Source of the DNA: Lytechinus pictus
Lineage: Eukaryota
Reading direction: 5' to 3'
DNA: 64,000 nucleotides
NCBI RefSeq assembly: GCF_037042905.1
Contig: NC_087250.1
Coordinates: 22,260,001-22,324,000, forward strand
Below the pieces are notes generated by a model. The model was not told the DNA's origin. It did not search any database and worked only from the letters and a program-made list of their open reading frames with translations. Positions 24,901-39,900 of the stretch are shown here, piece after piece. How positions within the stretch are numbered: the stretch's first letter is position 1; every line of letters begins with the position of its first letter. Made by a program: the position numbers and the translations under genes.

Positions 24901-27900
24901 TCGACGGACTGGCTGAACTAACCCCATTAAAAAAAAATCATTAAAAGTTGTATTAAATAGAAGTTTAATAATTTGCAGAGGTGACTTCTCTGCTTGAAGT
25001 TTGTCCAAAACAAGCTTATTTTCGAATCTTAGTAAGTTATGTAGAAAAAATATGATTTCTTTTTTTTTCAGAAATTAACTTCATAAATATGTACCTCCTT
25101 AGCCTCGGCCAGTAGGAGAAGAGCCAAATCTTATTCGTCTGAAGTATCCATTTTGAATATTAAAGTAGGACACGCGTGCTACCTTTATGTGACCCGCCAT
25201 GCCCGTATAGCGTATAGCGAATATCAAATAGCGAATAGAGAATACCGTATACCGTATACTTCTATGTGAACCCAGCCTAAGGTAAATTTCTATGGACAGC
25301 TGTAAGGGCCAATATTAAACGTGCGGTTCGCGCCCTTTTTAATGATAAATAAGCGGAGCCAGAAGTCATTGAGCACGACGATATGATATACTATATTTAA
25401 TCAGAATATGTCTCATAAATATTCATGGCCCTCAAAAAAAAGACATAGTGTAATTTCCAACACACCGATCAGCTCGACTAGAGTGGCGTAATCGGTAGGA
25501 CCACACGCTATTGCGAGTCCTCTGCAATCAAGCCTGTCGATGGAAGTTCAAATCTCGCTGCGAAGGATTTTTGCAGGCTTAATTTTTATTTCATTAATGA
25601 AAAATGAAGGCAAGACTCGGAATAAATTTAAGTCCAAGATTCTTAGTCTTACCCAAAGCCTCCAAAACAGATTTCCGGACCCACTTGGTTACGGAATAAA
25701 CATGATAAAAGGCGCGTGATGCGTCGCCACAGGAACTATTTACGTGTTCCGCTGAGCGCAGTGACTTGGGGAAATGTAGGTCATTAAACGCAAGTGACAG
25801 AACTCTAAAGCTCAGCAAATAGATTTTGGTTCTTATTTATTAAAAGTAGAATATAAAACACATATATCCGGGGCTCCCTTCGAAAGCTTGGTGGGAATTA
25901 TACTTAATGTCCGAGGAAGCCAGCAATAAACAGACGTTGTCACGCAAAGTAATACATTAACTAACAGAATGTATCACAACGGGAACATACATTTCAATCC
26001 CAAGTTTGTCGCTTATTGTAAACGAGTATTACGGGTGTTTATCTTGTTTTTTTTTTGTGTGTGTACTGTGTTTTACTATAAAAACAAATTTTATGTTCAT
26101 GTCTCGATTTTTATTGTAATACATCATTTGGGGATGGGGAGGAGAAAAGAAATAATCCCGCCGTGGATTTCTGACCGGAAAAAGGCACATTCCGAAAAAG
26201 GGAATGGCAAGTGCGAATTTACATAATAGATATATGGCGTATTGACGAGAAGATATATATTTCTTAATATAGATTGTTTTATTTTTAGATTTTAAGTATA
26301 GTCTTTATTGATTTTCAAGATTCATAGAAATATCGATTTTTTTTTTCAACTTAATGAAATGTAAATAAAACAAGTGGAATGCCTCTGGCCGTCTCACCTG
26401 CATCACGCGATTCAATATAGCAGCAGTGCTGATTTTGAAAACTACTATAACTCGCACAAGATGTTCAGTGATACTTGGTTACTCTTATTTCTACGTTTTA
26501 TGAACTAGACCCATACACTTATAGAGATATGATGGTAATTCAACAAATACCCCCAACGTGGCCAAAGTTCATTGACCTTACATGACCTTTGACCTTGATC
26601 ATGTGACCTGAAACTCGTACAGGATGTTCAGTGATACTTGATTACTCTTATGTCCAAGTTTCAAGAGAAAGATCCATCAACTTTCCAAGTTATGATGGTA
26701 ATTCAACAGATACCCCCATTATGGCCAAAGTTCATTGACCTTTGACATTGGTCATGTGACCTGAAGCTCGCACAGGATGTTCAGTGATACTTGATTACTC
26801 TTATGTCCAAGTTTTATGAACTAGACCAACACACTTTCAAAGTTATGGCGGTAATTCAACAAATACCCCAATTTGACCAAAGTTAATTGACCCTAAATGC
26901 CCTTTGACCTTGATCATGTGACCTGAAACTTGCACAGGATGTTCAGTAATACTTGATTACTATTATGTCCAAGTTTCATGAATCAGATCCATAAACTTTT
27001 AAAGTTATGATGGTAAATCTACAGATACCCCCAATTCGGCCAAAGTTCATTGACCCTAAATGACCATTGACCTTGGTCATGTGACGTGAAACTCATGCAG
27101 GATGTTCAGTGATACTTGATTAACCTTATGTATAAGTTTCATGAACTAAGTCCATATATTTTCTATGTTATGATGACATTTCAAAAACTTAACCTTAGGT
27201 TAAGATTTTGATGTTGATTCCCCCAACATGGTCTAAGTTCATTGACCCTAAATGACCATTGACCTTGGTCATGTGACGTGAAATTCATGCAGGATGTTCA
27301 GTAATACTTGATTAACCTTATGGCCAAGTTTCATGAACTAGGTCCATATACATATTAAGTTATGCTGTCATTTCAAAAACTTAACCTCAGGTTAAGATTT
27401 GGTGTTGACGCCGCCGCCGCCGTCGCCGCCGTCGGAAAAGCGGCGCCTATAGTCTCACTCTGCTATGCAGGTGAGACAAAAAATGACCAAAATCTTAGAT
27501 CTCATGCAAAAGCGGGAAAATGTTATGACAATTGACAAACGAACAAGTGCTATCATAAAGGTAAAGCGAGTGATCTCAAATGAAAAGATGTCCGATTTCG
27601 CTGAAAATAATTTTATTATTGTGATGTTATCATTATTCTGTCTGAGTATGTTGGTATGTAACAAGTCTTAATGCGGGCAAGTAGGGGTTTGAGAGGTGTT
27701 TGTGTATATCTATTCATTTGTATGAATGGGAGTACAGGTGCGTGTTTACCTGGAAGAAGCTGCCAAAAGCGCCGAATATGTATCTTCGCCTGGAGGATCA
27801 ATGAAAGCTCCTCTTTCGCAAAGAAACTTAACACACTCCATATGGCCCTCAAACGCCGCAAACTGGAGAGGGGTGTGGCATGGACTGTCTTCGTTTGATA

Positions 27901-30900
27901 CCTGAACCAAAGTATAGGAATATGATATGTAGTATCTTTAGACATTTAATTATCTCTCCTGAGATGATAATATCAACAAGATCAGGGTGGTTGCGTTTAT
28001 CAAAGAGTTTATAGATTTATCACACGGAAATCCAAAATTAAGTATTGTGTGCAATTGGCGATAATGCACTGCGAGCTTACAGTGTTACTCCGAGTAGGCA
28101 TGTTTGCATTATAGAGTGTTTTACAAAATGTTTTTTAAGACCTTCTGTGCATCATAAAAATGTAGGTGAACTCTTATTTCAAATCTACGATAGTAAGCAG
28201 TGACCAATTTGTATTGATTGATCCCAGTTGAACTCTCGTCTTTTAATAATAGGCGGGCAGATTGAGGCTGGAATTTGGGGTCAACAATAATTGTGGTATT
28301 ACAATCAGGTAAATTTGCCTCTGAATAGGCACCCTGGCCATTAAGCATGCATGACTTGACACATAATATACTTAAAACTCAAATAAGCACACAGCACCTG
28401 GTTTCAGAACCCTTTCCCTATGAGACTACTTTACCGCCATATGCACATCGGCTCCTGCATCCACTAAAAGCTTGATCGCGTTTAGATCCCCATCCATGCA
28501 AGCATCATGTAGTGCTGCCCTGCCTTTGCTGTTTACTGCAGACAGATCAGCCCCCTTTGCCAGGAGTAGTTTTAAGACCTCTTCGTTTTTCCTGGAAAAT
28601 GCAATAAATATAAGGCGTCAAAGAAATTAAGTTTATCCAATCATGGACCTATTACATGATCCGATCAACGTTTCGTGTCTTCATGTTGTAACCATAGTAA
28701 ATTCCGCGGATTCCCCCGGGGATTCCCCTCCTTCCCTTAATTTCCACACATCCACACACATTTCATTTGCATTTTTTATTTCATTTTTAAATTCGCGCGC
28801 GCACACATACACATCGCACGACTCACAAACACAGATAAATGCACGCGTACTTCGCTTTTTCTGTTTGATTGTTTTGGTTTTAGGTATCATTAATTCCCAC
28901 GCATACGCTTCCGGTTTTTCCAAATGTTTTCATAGAGATGCCAGTCACAAAGAAACATTTTATCCATCCATGTAAATACTCAACTCATCATACCCACAAA
29001 TAATGATCCGCTAAGAACAATGATTTAATTTGTACCCGAACGGATATGAAAAATTGTCAAGAGAATGATGACATATAGATATATTTGGTACAGCAAACGA
29101 TATTAAAGTATTTAGGCCTATATAATAAATGCTGTTTTCTGTAAACAGATATGGGGTCGTTCGTGTTTAAAATGGATATGGGCCTATCCGAGTAAAGATT
29201 TTATAATGGATATCCTAAATCATATGAGGATCAGTCAGTAGGCAGGTCCCAAAAAAGTGGCTTCTTTCATCCAAGTGATATTCATGACTTGAGAAGTTTT
29301 GCATATTTAATGAGCTTGATGCGAACCAAAACACCTCTTTTCATTCTGTCATTGCTGCTCTAATTGTGCATCGAATTTCATGATTCTGGTATCGTTGTAA
29401 AGAAGAAGAATCATTCTTTCAGGTCATGTGTTTGAATTTATTCAAAGATTCTGTAATATATGTTAAAATTGTGATCTAAAATATGCTACAAAACAATTAT
29501 TTTCACCTGACAAAAGCTGCTATTTTCACACTTTATTTTTGTTTGAGCCCAAATGATTTTTATATCATGATAAAGCTGAATATGTATGCTTTAAAATGGT
29601 ATAGGTTTCAAAATAAGAATTGGTTTAGTCGGGTCAAGATCACACTTTTCATTGTCCAAGTATATGAAGCAGCTTGAAAACAATAATACTGCACTCTGAT
29701 TGGTCAAAGGGACCACACACTGGCAAATTCCAACGGTTCCACTGCCTGGGCTCATGGAAAGGTCACACTTCCCATGTGGTAATCTCCTCAAACTACCCGC
29801 GCCTGTTGTTCTGTGAACCTTATCCAGCCAATCAGAACTCTGGATTTCATGCAAGTACAACATTTCAGAAATCTCGTCTTGTACCTTGGTGGGAAAAGTG
29901 TGATCTTGACCCGATTAAAAGGTGCCGCATGTCAAGAGTGGCATTGTGAGAAAGTACAGAAGTTCTGCTTTATGGTGATATATATATCATTGAGGCTCAA
30001 AATAAAAAGTTTTGCACAATTTGCAAAAGAAAACAGAGGAAGAAAATTCAGTTTTGAGGCACATTTTCAGGCCAGAAATTCACTTATTTCTCAAACTATT
30101 GTATACAAAATAAATGACCAGTGTGAAAGAATAACATTTACTCTATCTGACGGTGCAATGATATTTCAATTAACTAGAGATTAAAACAGGTAAATTATTA
30201 GAGAAAGAAAATCTTACGAATCACGAGATCTTGCAAGGAGGAGGATTCAGCCACGAGATGATTTGGATGAATCTGGCCTTTTTTCTCATTAGCATAGGGA
30301 CCTGCGGTCTGACTGGGATGAATCGCGTTAAACAACATAATATGTCGACGATTCGATATAGCAGCAGCTAGTGCTGACTTTAAGAACCACTAACAAATAA
30401 TCATTCACAAAAAACACCATTCATATTCATGATATAATAGTATGTTCGTTGACCCTAAATGACCATTGATCTTAAATCATGTGACCTAAGACTCAAAATA
30501 AGTGATACAATATAATAGCAGTGCTGACTTTTAAAAGAACTATTGAATAAATTATTCGCAAGACACCATTCATATGAAAATAAAACACTATTTCATTTAC
30601 CCTAAATGACCTTTAACCTTGATTATGTGACATAAGACTCATAAAAAACAATAAGTGATACTTGATATTTCACAAACTATATCGATAAAATTTCAGTTAT
30701 GATGGCAAATGAACAATGCCCCAAACATGGCCAAATTTCATTGATATTAAATGACCTTTGACCTTGGTTATGTGACCTGAAATTCGTACAGGGTTTTCAG
30801 TGATGCTTCATTGCTATTATGTCAGCGTTTCATGAACTATTTTAATAATTCATGATACTATTTTTTTTAATTCATGACATTTTGAAAACCTAACATTGGT

Positions 30901-33900
30901 TAAGATTTCATGTTGATGACGCCGCGGTTGGAAAAGCGGTGCCTATTCTCTAGCTCTGCTATGTATGCGAGACAAATAAATAAATCATAGAAGTATGATA
31001 GTAGGTATTTTGAAATGAAAGTTTGAAGACGCCACTAAAATTAGAGTTACCACATTTCCCTTTGCAGAAATTGATTATGTTTCAGCAAGAAGGGCCATTG
31101 TCTACAAAAAGTTGTGCCGCATAATTAGTTTCTCATGGTCTTATTTCTGGAACAAAACGAATGACTAGTAAAGGATGGCGGTGTTTTGAATTTAAACAAT
31201 TACTGATGATACTTACAACTTAATAGAAAGATGAAGAGGGGAGCAACCGCTACTGTCTGACATATTAACACTTGCATTCGCTTCCTCAATCATTAGTTTG
31301 ACACATTCCATATGATTTTTCCATATGGCTATAATAAGCGGTGTGCACCCGTATTTTCCATGCTGTAAGATAAAAATTATTCAGAGAACCGCATCATTCG
31401 CATGGCCCTTGGAAGTCTGGGTGCTCGGGATGCTAAAACACCCCTGGAATACATGTAGTATAAATTTGACCAAGAATCAGCTTTTGTTGAGCGAGAACCC
31501 GTTTTTGTACAATCACCCACTCTTATCGAAACCCGATGCCATTAGTGTCACCTTATATATCAACGACACTTCAGGAAGGTGGGAACTCATTCGACTGAAT
31601 AGGGACAATTTCCCTATATGTATCAAGAAACAAATACACATTGTGGTTTTCCACATTTAAGTACATTTCAAAGTAACACCAACCGTGGTGTCCAATTAAG
31701 AGCTATAGACTTCACACTGGATTGTATTATATATTTTGCCTTATAAAAATAATTATATAACCAGAAACGAATAAAGGGGTAGTACACCTGAGATCACTAA
31801 ACCCGTCTTTCGAACAAGTCAAATGCAAGGTGAAAGAATGTAAATGAAGTGGCTGAGACTAATGACACTGTTAAATAAACAAATGACAAGGAACAATCCT
31901 TGATTTTTTTAATTTAAGATTAATGAGGGGCAAATGCATATCATTTTACATACATGTTGGTCTTTTTATATCAAAGTTATCTTACTTGCTCGTCTATATC
32001 ATGACCTCCTTCTACACATTCCATAATGCGCTCGCAATTCCCTTCCCAAGCAGCAAGCTGGATACTGTTCCACTCCCGTTGATCACCAGCTACCATTATA
32101 TATGTGAATACGATATGATGACCCCTGAAAACAGATTCAAGACAATTGTACTTAAGGAACGAGATATTAGAGACATTTATGGCCATACTGGTATATTAAG
32201 AGCTATTGTGATGTATGCAGCTGGGAATAAGTCTCTTGTGTTATTACCTCGTCTCCCCTGCCCCCTGTACAAAAAATGAATTGCTTCAGTATTATGCGAG
32301 TGATCGTAGCGACAGGCGCAGTTCTAGATTTAAGGTTTGGAGTGCTTCTGGGGGCTTGAGAAATTCTCGATGTTGGTTTATCCAACACTATAAAAATGGC
32401 ATATCATCGGCAGCATAATGTACCTGGGAGACTATACTGCCTTAACAACTGCCCCCAACTCTTGAAAAATATTACAATATTTATGCAACCGATTGAAAAA
32501 TAAAAACACATTCAAAATGCTTGATTTTTTTCATAACCATTTCATTTATATATCAACCGCTCATTAGAGCATGTGATTTCACTTCACGGTAATGGGGGCA
32601 AGACTGACTTGTTATCAGGAAGGTGACCTGTCTTGTTACTATCTCAAGTCGTTTAATTTATTTATACGTGCAAAAAAAGCTATTTGAAAAGTGATATTTT
32701 CTGTTTAGAGACTTTTGACCCCCTCCCCCTCCCCCTTTTAAACTAAAACTATAACGAGAGAATGAGGTGACCGGGGGAATGATTTTCTAAATGTCACCTA
32801 CTTCCAAATATATCAAGTGCATCTACATCTTAATTAATTTTTTTTCCTACTAACACTTATATTCATACTTATTCTAATGTTACCTTGCCATGCAACTGGT
32901 AAAAGCATGGGATACATCAAAAGGATCAGTGACATCCAACAATGCTCTCACACAATCTAAGTGGCCCCCTGCCGCTGACAATGTAAGAGGCAACATTCCG
33001 CTTATAGTCTGAAAAATAGTACAAAAATATCGCAGGTTTTGAGAAAGTATTGAGGAAATTTTATACTAATTACTGTATAGTGATTGGTTCAAAACTACAC
33101 CATGTGACGACGCAAATCTTCACATCATAGCGAAAATGTCATTGGTGGCATGACGCTATTTGATCCAATCACTTTTCATGATTTAAACATGCATGGCCAT
33201 GTAGTATAGGCCTATGTGAAATGCGTGTAACCATGGTAACGTCATAGTAAATAGTGTACAAGTTGCGGGGTCTATAAACGCACAGCGTTCTGGTGACAAT
33301 GTTTAAGAAATGAATATAAAATCTGCTTTCACTCACATGATATATAGATTTCTAGATTTACATTGTAAAAAATTATTTAGTGCCATTATTTTACATTACC
33401 TTCTTTTTTGGAGAGGCGCCCTCTTTCAAAAGAATTTTTGTGATATCAGTATGTCCATTCCAAGCAGCACAGTGAAGTGCAGATAGTCCTTCGTCATCCA
33501 CAATGTCTAGCTGTCGATGATCTGGCTGTTCATTCGAGTATGTCTCAACCAACGCATTTACACAGTTTTTATGTCCGTTTAAAGACGATAAAAAAAGGGC
33601 GGTGTGGCCCTTTTCTGTCTGTGAAATTTAATTGATAATTATATTATTAGTAGTAGTAGTAGTAGTAGTGATAGTAGTAGAAGTAGAAGTAGTAGACGAT
33701 ACGCCACCATGGCCCAGATATTTGGAATGATTTGTAACATAAACAGGCTGTATCACTTTTTGTTTTCTTTCTTTCTTTTAAAGCTTCGTTGACAAGGCTG
33801 CTTATTTCTAATGCCTAATTTAATCACCTGCACTTCCCCTCGTATACTTCTTTTTATCATTATCATTATCATCATTGCTATCACCATCATCGTTATTGTT

Positions 33901-36900
33901 ATCAACCTTATTATTATTGACATATGGATTATTTGCATAATTTGATTTTTATAAAATGTTTACCTGCTTAGTTACATCGGCTTCATATAATTTCAAATAT
34001 TTTACGATATCGTCGTATCCATTTAGGGCCGCAGAATGGAGTGGCGTCCATCCATTGTGGTCAGCTAGATCTTTTTCAGCAAGCTCGTCGATCAAATACT
34101 TGGTCACTTCAATATGATTTCTTAAATATAATCAAAGTAACATAAAAAAAAAAAGGGGTTGTAAAATAATTTATGTACACACTATATTAGTAGGCATTTT
34201 AGGCTGTGATAGTTAATGGGAATCATTACTTGGTTATTCATTTCAAATGTCCTATTTTAGTATTAAAGTAACATAATAGGGCGTCAATAATCTTTGTATA
34301 CATCAAATTAGTAGGCATATTAGTAACATCGGGTATGATAGTATGTATGTGGGGATTTATCTGATATCATTGCCCTGTTATTTAGTACTATGAATAGCCT
34401 GTAATAACAAAATGAATAATCTCAATATTATCAAAATAATACTATTGATTAAAAAGGTATAACCACAAAAGTAATGATATTCATCATGTTAATTGATATC
34501 ATACTATCAATTATAGTGTCAATGATAATAATGACAGTAATAACAATATTATTGAAATCATCAAATGATATATCGAACAAATGAAACCAAAAAAATATCG
34601 GAAATAAAGATAATAACAGGTCATATAAACAGTCATGACAAAAAAGAGCAGTTCAAAGCAGGATATCAAAAATCTTTCTCAAAATATCAACAAATTATAC
34701 CACATACTGACATCGTCGCTTATATTGGCTTTGTCTTCGGAATCGACATTATCATGATTCTAAGGAAATAGTAAATATGGGTTACCAACCCGTTTACCGC
34801 CATACGAAGTGGTGTAAGTCCTCTGTCATCTACGCTATTGATGGATAGGTTAGCTCTAACAAGGAGTTTAACGATTTCAAGATGACCTTTTGCAGAAGCT
34901 GCATGGAGGGCGTTTCGTCCTCCTTGGGTTCTCTCATTAATCTAATGAATAACAAACGATCGAGAAATAAGAATTAAAAGAAATGTCTCAAATGTTTCAT
35001 AGGTGTGCAATAAAATCATTCATTCGATGAGACATTTACTTTACATTTTTAATCCCAATGTAAACGTTACTGAGCACGGGAGGGTTGACTCCTTAGCTCA
35101 TTTCATCCCTTCGCGGGACACGGCATTAGAGTCCGGTAACAAAAAAATTAACGATTAATCATACACTCGATTTTGAAGATTGATTGTACATTATAGTTTT
35201 TTTATAATCAAACGTAGAAAACTGTTATACAATCATTGCTAAGCTTGGTGTTACAGGCCCTATAGATCTGTTCTTTCGTGTGCATTTTTTTTCATGCGAC
35301 ACGTACCATGCATGCCATTCCAAGTTGTGAGATTAAATCTTGCGTTCAAGCATGTTCGACTGGCCATCAGAGCATATGCCCGCCTGAGCCCCCGGCGGGG
35401 CTGTACTCTGGCAACTGGCTGGAGATATGCGAAACACTAGTACGAGGTAGATTGACATGGATATGAAAGTGGTTTTTCAAACAAATAGGGTACATATTGA
35501 GTGAGGAGAAACCTACTGAATTCAGGCTTAGATATCAATTATTACGGTCCATCGAATCAATATTACATCTAATGTTGGTTATTGGTGGATCACTGGCAAT
35601 TGATTCCATGGGTCAGATCACCTCTACAGCTAAACCATTTCGCATTCGTTGATTATGTACACAGCATATGCAATAGGCCTATCCGCGTCTGAAAAATATC
35701 CGAATTCGCGTGTGTGTTTTTTTTTTTGTTGCTCCTACTACACAAACGGTAAACTATCTAGCGCACAATGTGATGAGCATTATGTTTTACTTTCCCCGAA
35801 ATGGGGATTAAATTCAAATTCTCGGGGGGACCACTTCCATTGACGGGTGGATACCAGGCGCGACCATGTAAGCACCCTAAACAAGGGAAGCATGCCTTTT
35901 CCAGATTGTGAAAATGCATCCCTGAACAAGTATTTGGTGTGTGGAACCCTACCCTCAACAAGTATTGGAAATTTAACCGAAAATACGTAGCTTTTCTAAC
36001 GAAATATAACTCTTTTTTTCATTATTTTAAATATCGTAGTTGACACCCTTTTGCGTTACATATACGTAACGCGCCCACTCTTTAAAAGGGAATCCTGTTT
36101 ACGCGTGGTCGCGCCTGGTATCCACTCGTCAATAAAAGTGGCCCCGGGCGGCCCCTCGAACTCTGGGAGGAACCAAATGTAGCTCTGGAAACTCGTCCTA
36201 AATTATCGCCGTTACCATAGTAGCAACCAGCACACGAAACACAGATTAAATATTTCCGTTGCGGATGCGAAACGTTAAAAAATCTAATGACACACAGTTT
36301 GAATTACAGGACGGTGTTTTACGACGGGCCAAAAAGTATCTTCCAAAATCGAAATACCGTCGTAAATTCCGCAAAGTGAGGAGTACCGATACAACGGGGT
36401 AAAATGGTGACGTGACCAAGTGGTGTCAGGCGTCTCGCCGTACATATTGAACTGAACTGGACATGGAAAGTCCGGGGCTCGATCCCCCGGCCTCGGCACC
36501 TATGTCCATGAGCAATCAACAATGCTCTTTTATCCTGCATTCAAATAAATGAAAATGCTATATGCATTATTGGTAACTGGGTGTGCACTTATTTCTTTTT
36601 AATATATGGAAAAGTGTAATATTTCTACGCTTCCCCTACAGATTGCATTGCTGAAGTAGCTTACTTCGGGTGATGCATTGCAAATGAAAAATATTGGGTT
36701 TATACAGCTAATGTTATGCAAGAGACATGGTTGGTGTATCAAGCAATTGCTCAAGCTACGCACGAATTAAAAACGACTTTCATAAGAAAGGATCATCAGA
36801 CTTGTGTAAATTAATTTGTAACTTACAACAGCTTTATAAAACACACACCAGGGTAACGTAACACAGAGATAAGCGATCAATCGAGCTTCGTAGGCCTATA

Positions 36901-39900
36901 CGTGTTTTTTTTTTCATTGTAGTCAATGCATTCAATCGTAGAAAAATGTTCTACGATCAATGCTTAGCTTTGTGTTATAAACCCCCGGTGAGCAAGTTGT
37001 AAGTTTTGGAGAGTACGAAATTATTGTATGAAGATTCTAATACAGCTCCAATGGCATTGGCATAGTACCATTCACTTACTATTTGCAGGTTGCGGTATAC
37101 GATTATATTTCTTGTAATGGGGGAACTGGCGGTGCCCCCACAACCGCCGCCCCCCCCCCCTCCCTCCTGGTGCTGCATCAGATAATGAACAAATACACTG
37201 TTTAACATTGTTTTGAGGTTTGACAATAAAACTTATAAATAAATGTAATTGAGTTCCACCCTACTTACTGACTCTCTGTTTGCCTGTAGTTGTCGTCGAA
37301 CTTCTTCCAGTTCTCCTTCATAGGCAGCTTTTACAATCGATACATATTCTTGCACCCGAATGTCTTCATTTCTAGCCCATTCATCTGTAAAAAAGGAGGG
37401 CGTGTTAATATTCTGAAGTGCTATTTTACTTCGGAACACTTTTATTGCGGACATGTGAAATCGATGATATTAGATCAATTATGACTGAGCAATCTTCTTA
37501 TAAACAGTGAATGGCGGGCCCGTGCCATTCTGTCGTTGACCCTAAATAACATTTGACCTTCATCAAATGACCTGAACCTCATGCAAGATGATTATTGATA
37601 CTTGATTACTGTTTTGTCCGAGTTCATGATATAGATCTACATACTTTCAATGTATTATGACATCCCAAAAACTTAATATTGATTTAAGATTTAAATGTTG
37701 AAGACGCCACAGTCGGAAAGGTGGTGCCTACATGTATTTACCGTGTGTCTCGCATCATCAGAAGAAGGTCACTCATCCTATAAAGTGACATGGTGGTTTC
37801 ATATTTAATGAGATAAGCACCAATTCGATGTATTGATTATTCATATATTCTTTTGATTTGTGTTTTTCATTAGATCCTCAAACAGACACTAATGCGTCCA
37901 TTAGCGTGGTATTTCACAGTTGGCCAAGTACATTTATATAGCAGCATGCTAATACATTCAAAGTAGAAACACATACCTTCATAGAGTGTTCATTGGTGTG
38001 ATATTATCTATACAATTTTTCCACCCTGTTATATAAGGCAGGTTTACATAATATCTTGCTTTGAAATATGCCTATTATAATGAAAGAAATAAAAGGTCAT
38101 TTGACCAAAGTTGCACATGATGCAACTCCGAATTGGTTTGTTGCCATCCCATAAGAAATAAAGATTTGCATCCAAATTGTATAAAATCACTATTTGCGTG
38201 CCGATCATAAAATATCTCCTAACACACGTGTTTTTTTAATTGGATACATTAAATATGAACAGTTTTCTTTTTATTATATGTGACTTTCAAGATAACCTTT
38301 ATTCGTGGAAAAAAGACACGAATCAACTGGTGTAAATGTGTTAAATTAAATATCACTAATCATTTTGGGAATTTCAATGACATTATGAAGAGCAATATGC
38401 CAATTTGCCTAAAGAGAAAAGTATTTAATCAATGCGTTATACCGGCAATGACCTATGGTTCTGAAACCTGGTCTGTAACAAAGAAAATGGAACAGAAATT
38501 AAAAACCACTCAACACAGTATGGAACGTATAATGCTACGGATATCAAAATGTGACAGGAAAACCATACAATGGATTAGGAGCCAGACTAGAGTAATATAC
38601 ATAATCAAAGCAATTAAATCAACGAAATTGAGATGGGCTGGCCACCTTGCAAGATCACATGATAATAGGTGGACCAAACGCATCGCAGAATGGAGACCAT
38701 GGCTAGGATCACGAAATCGGGGTAGACAAAAATTGAGATGGAGTGACGAGCTCACAAAATTCATTGGCATAAATTGGATTGCTTCAGCACAAGACAAGCA
38801 CCTTTGGCACCAACTTGAGGAGGCCTTCGCCTTGCAGTGGGCTGAACATGGCTGATACGATGATGATGATGATTAATCATTTCGGCCCGTATTCTGATAG
38901 CGTTGTTTAACTTAACTCTGGTCTAAGTGTGGTAATAAACTGCCATATTTAAACCTAGGTTTAAGTTTCGTATTCCGATAGCAAGGTTTAAGTTAACCCT
39001 GGTCTAAGTGTGGTAATAAATCCTCAAAAAGTTAAACTCGCGCAGGGGGGGGGGGTAGTTTAAGCCTGGTTTTAATCCAACAAATCATGGCCAACATTTT
39101 TTTAGAATTTATGCCTATATTGCATTACAAATTTTTTGCACGTAGGACCATCCTTTGCTTCTCCGTTTTCTTCACATTCGTCCTATATTCCATTAATATT
39201 TTAAACACAAATCATGACAAATTAATTGCAATCAATCTACCTTTCAGTTTTTCCAATGTTGCAAATACGTCAACTATTGTGACCAACTTATTGGCTTCGG
39301 CTTCAGATTGTGCTCCCTGGGTAGATTTCTCTCGAAGGGATTGAACGTGCTTCGACGTGATACTTTCAAACCCTCTCTGTACAGATCTGATTCATAAGAA
39401 AGCAAGAAAGTGATCAAAGAATAATGCTGACATATATATTTGTTTGTTTCTAATCCGCTAATTGGCCTGTGTTTCTCTATCCAGCTACAATGGTTTTTTT
39501 TTCTAATTCCAAAGATATTTGTAAAAGCAAAAGGCAAACTTCCAAAATATTTTGTGATTTTGTTTCACTTGAAGGGTATTTTCAATTTGCTAACACCGAG
39601 AGATAAATCGTCATTTAAATAAAAGAATAAATAGAGGGAAAAATGAACGAATCACAATATTTAAAAAAGATTAAACAGCCCTTGGTTCAAACCAATCCTT
39701 GCCAAAAAATCTCTCTGAAAAATTGAAGACTTTAATAAGGCAGATGTTTGTTACTTCTTTTATTTATTTTCTTCTGATTTTTTTTCTTCGTTTGTTGGGT
39801 TTGAAGTGCCATTGCTATGGATAGATACGAACAAATTGTTAGTGTTTGTAAGCAATACACAATAATAACAAGGTACGTAATTTAGGGTGAACAACTGTAC

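Noticed and set aside
38280..38855. 191-aa ORF as a host gene
   Set aside because: It is the C-terminal part of an RTE LINE ORF with TSD and (GAT)n tail; its N-terminal residues come from flanking DNA.
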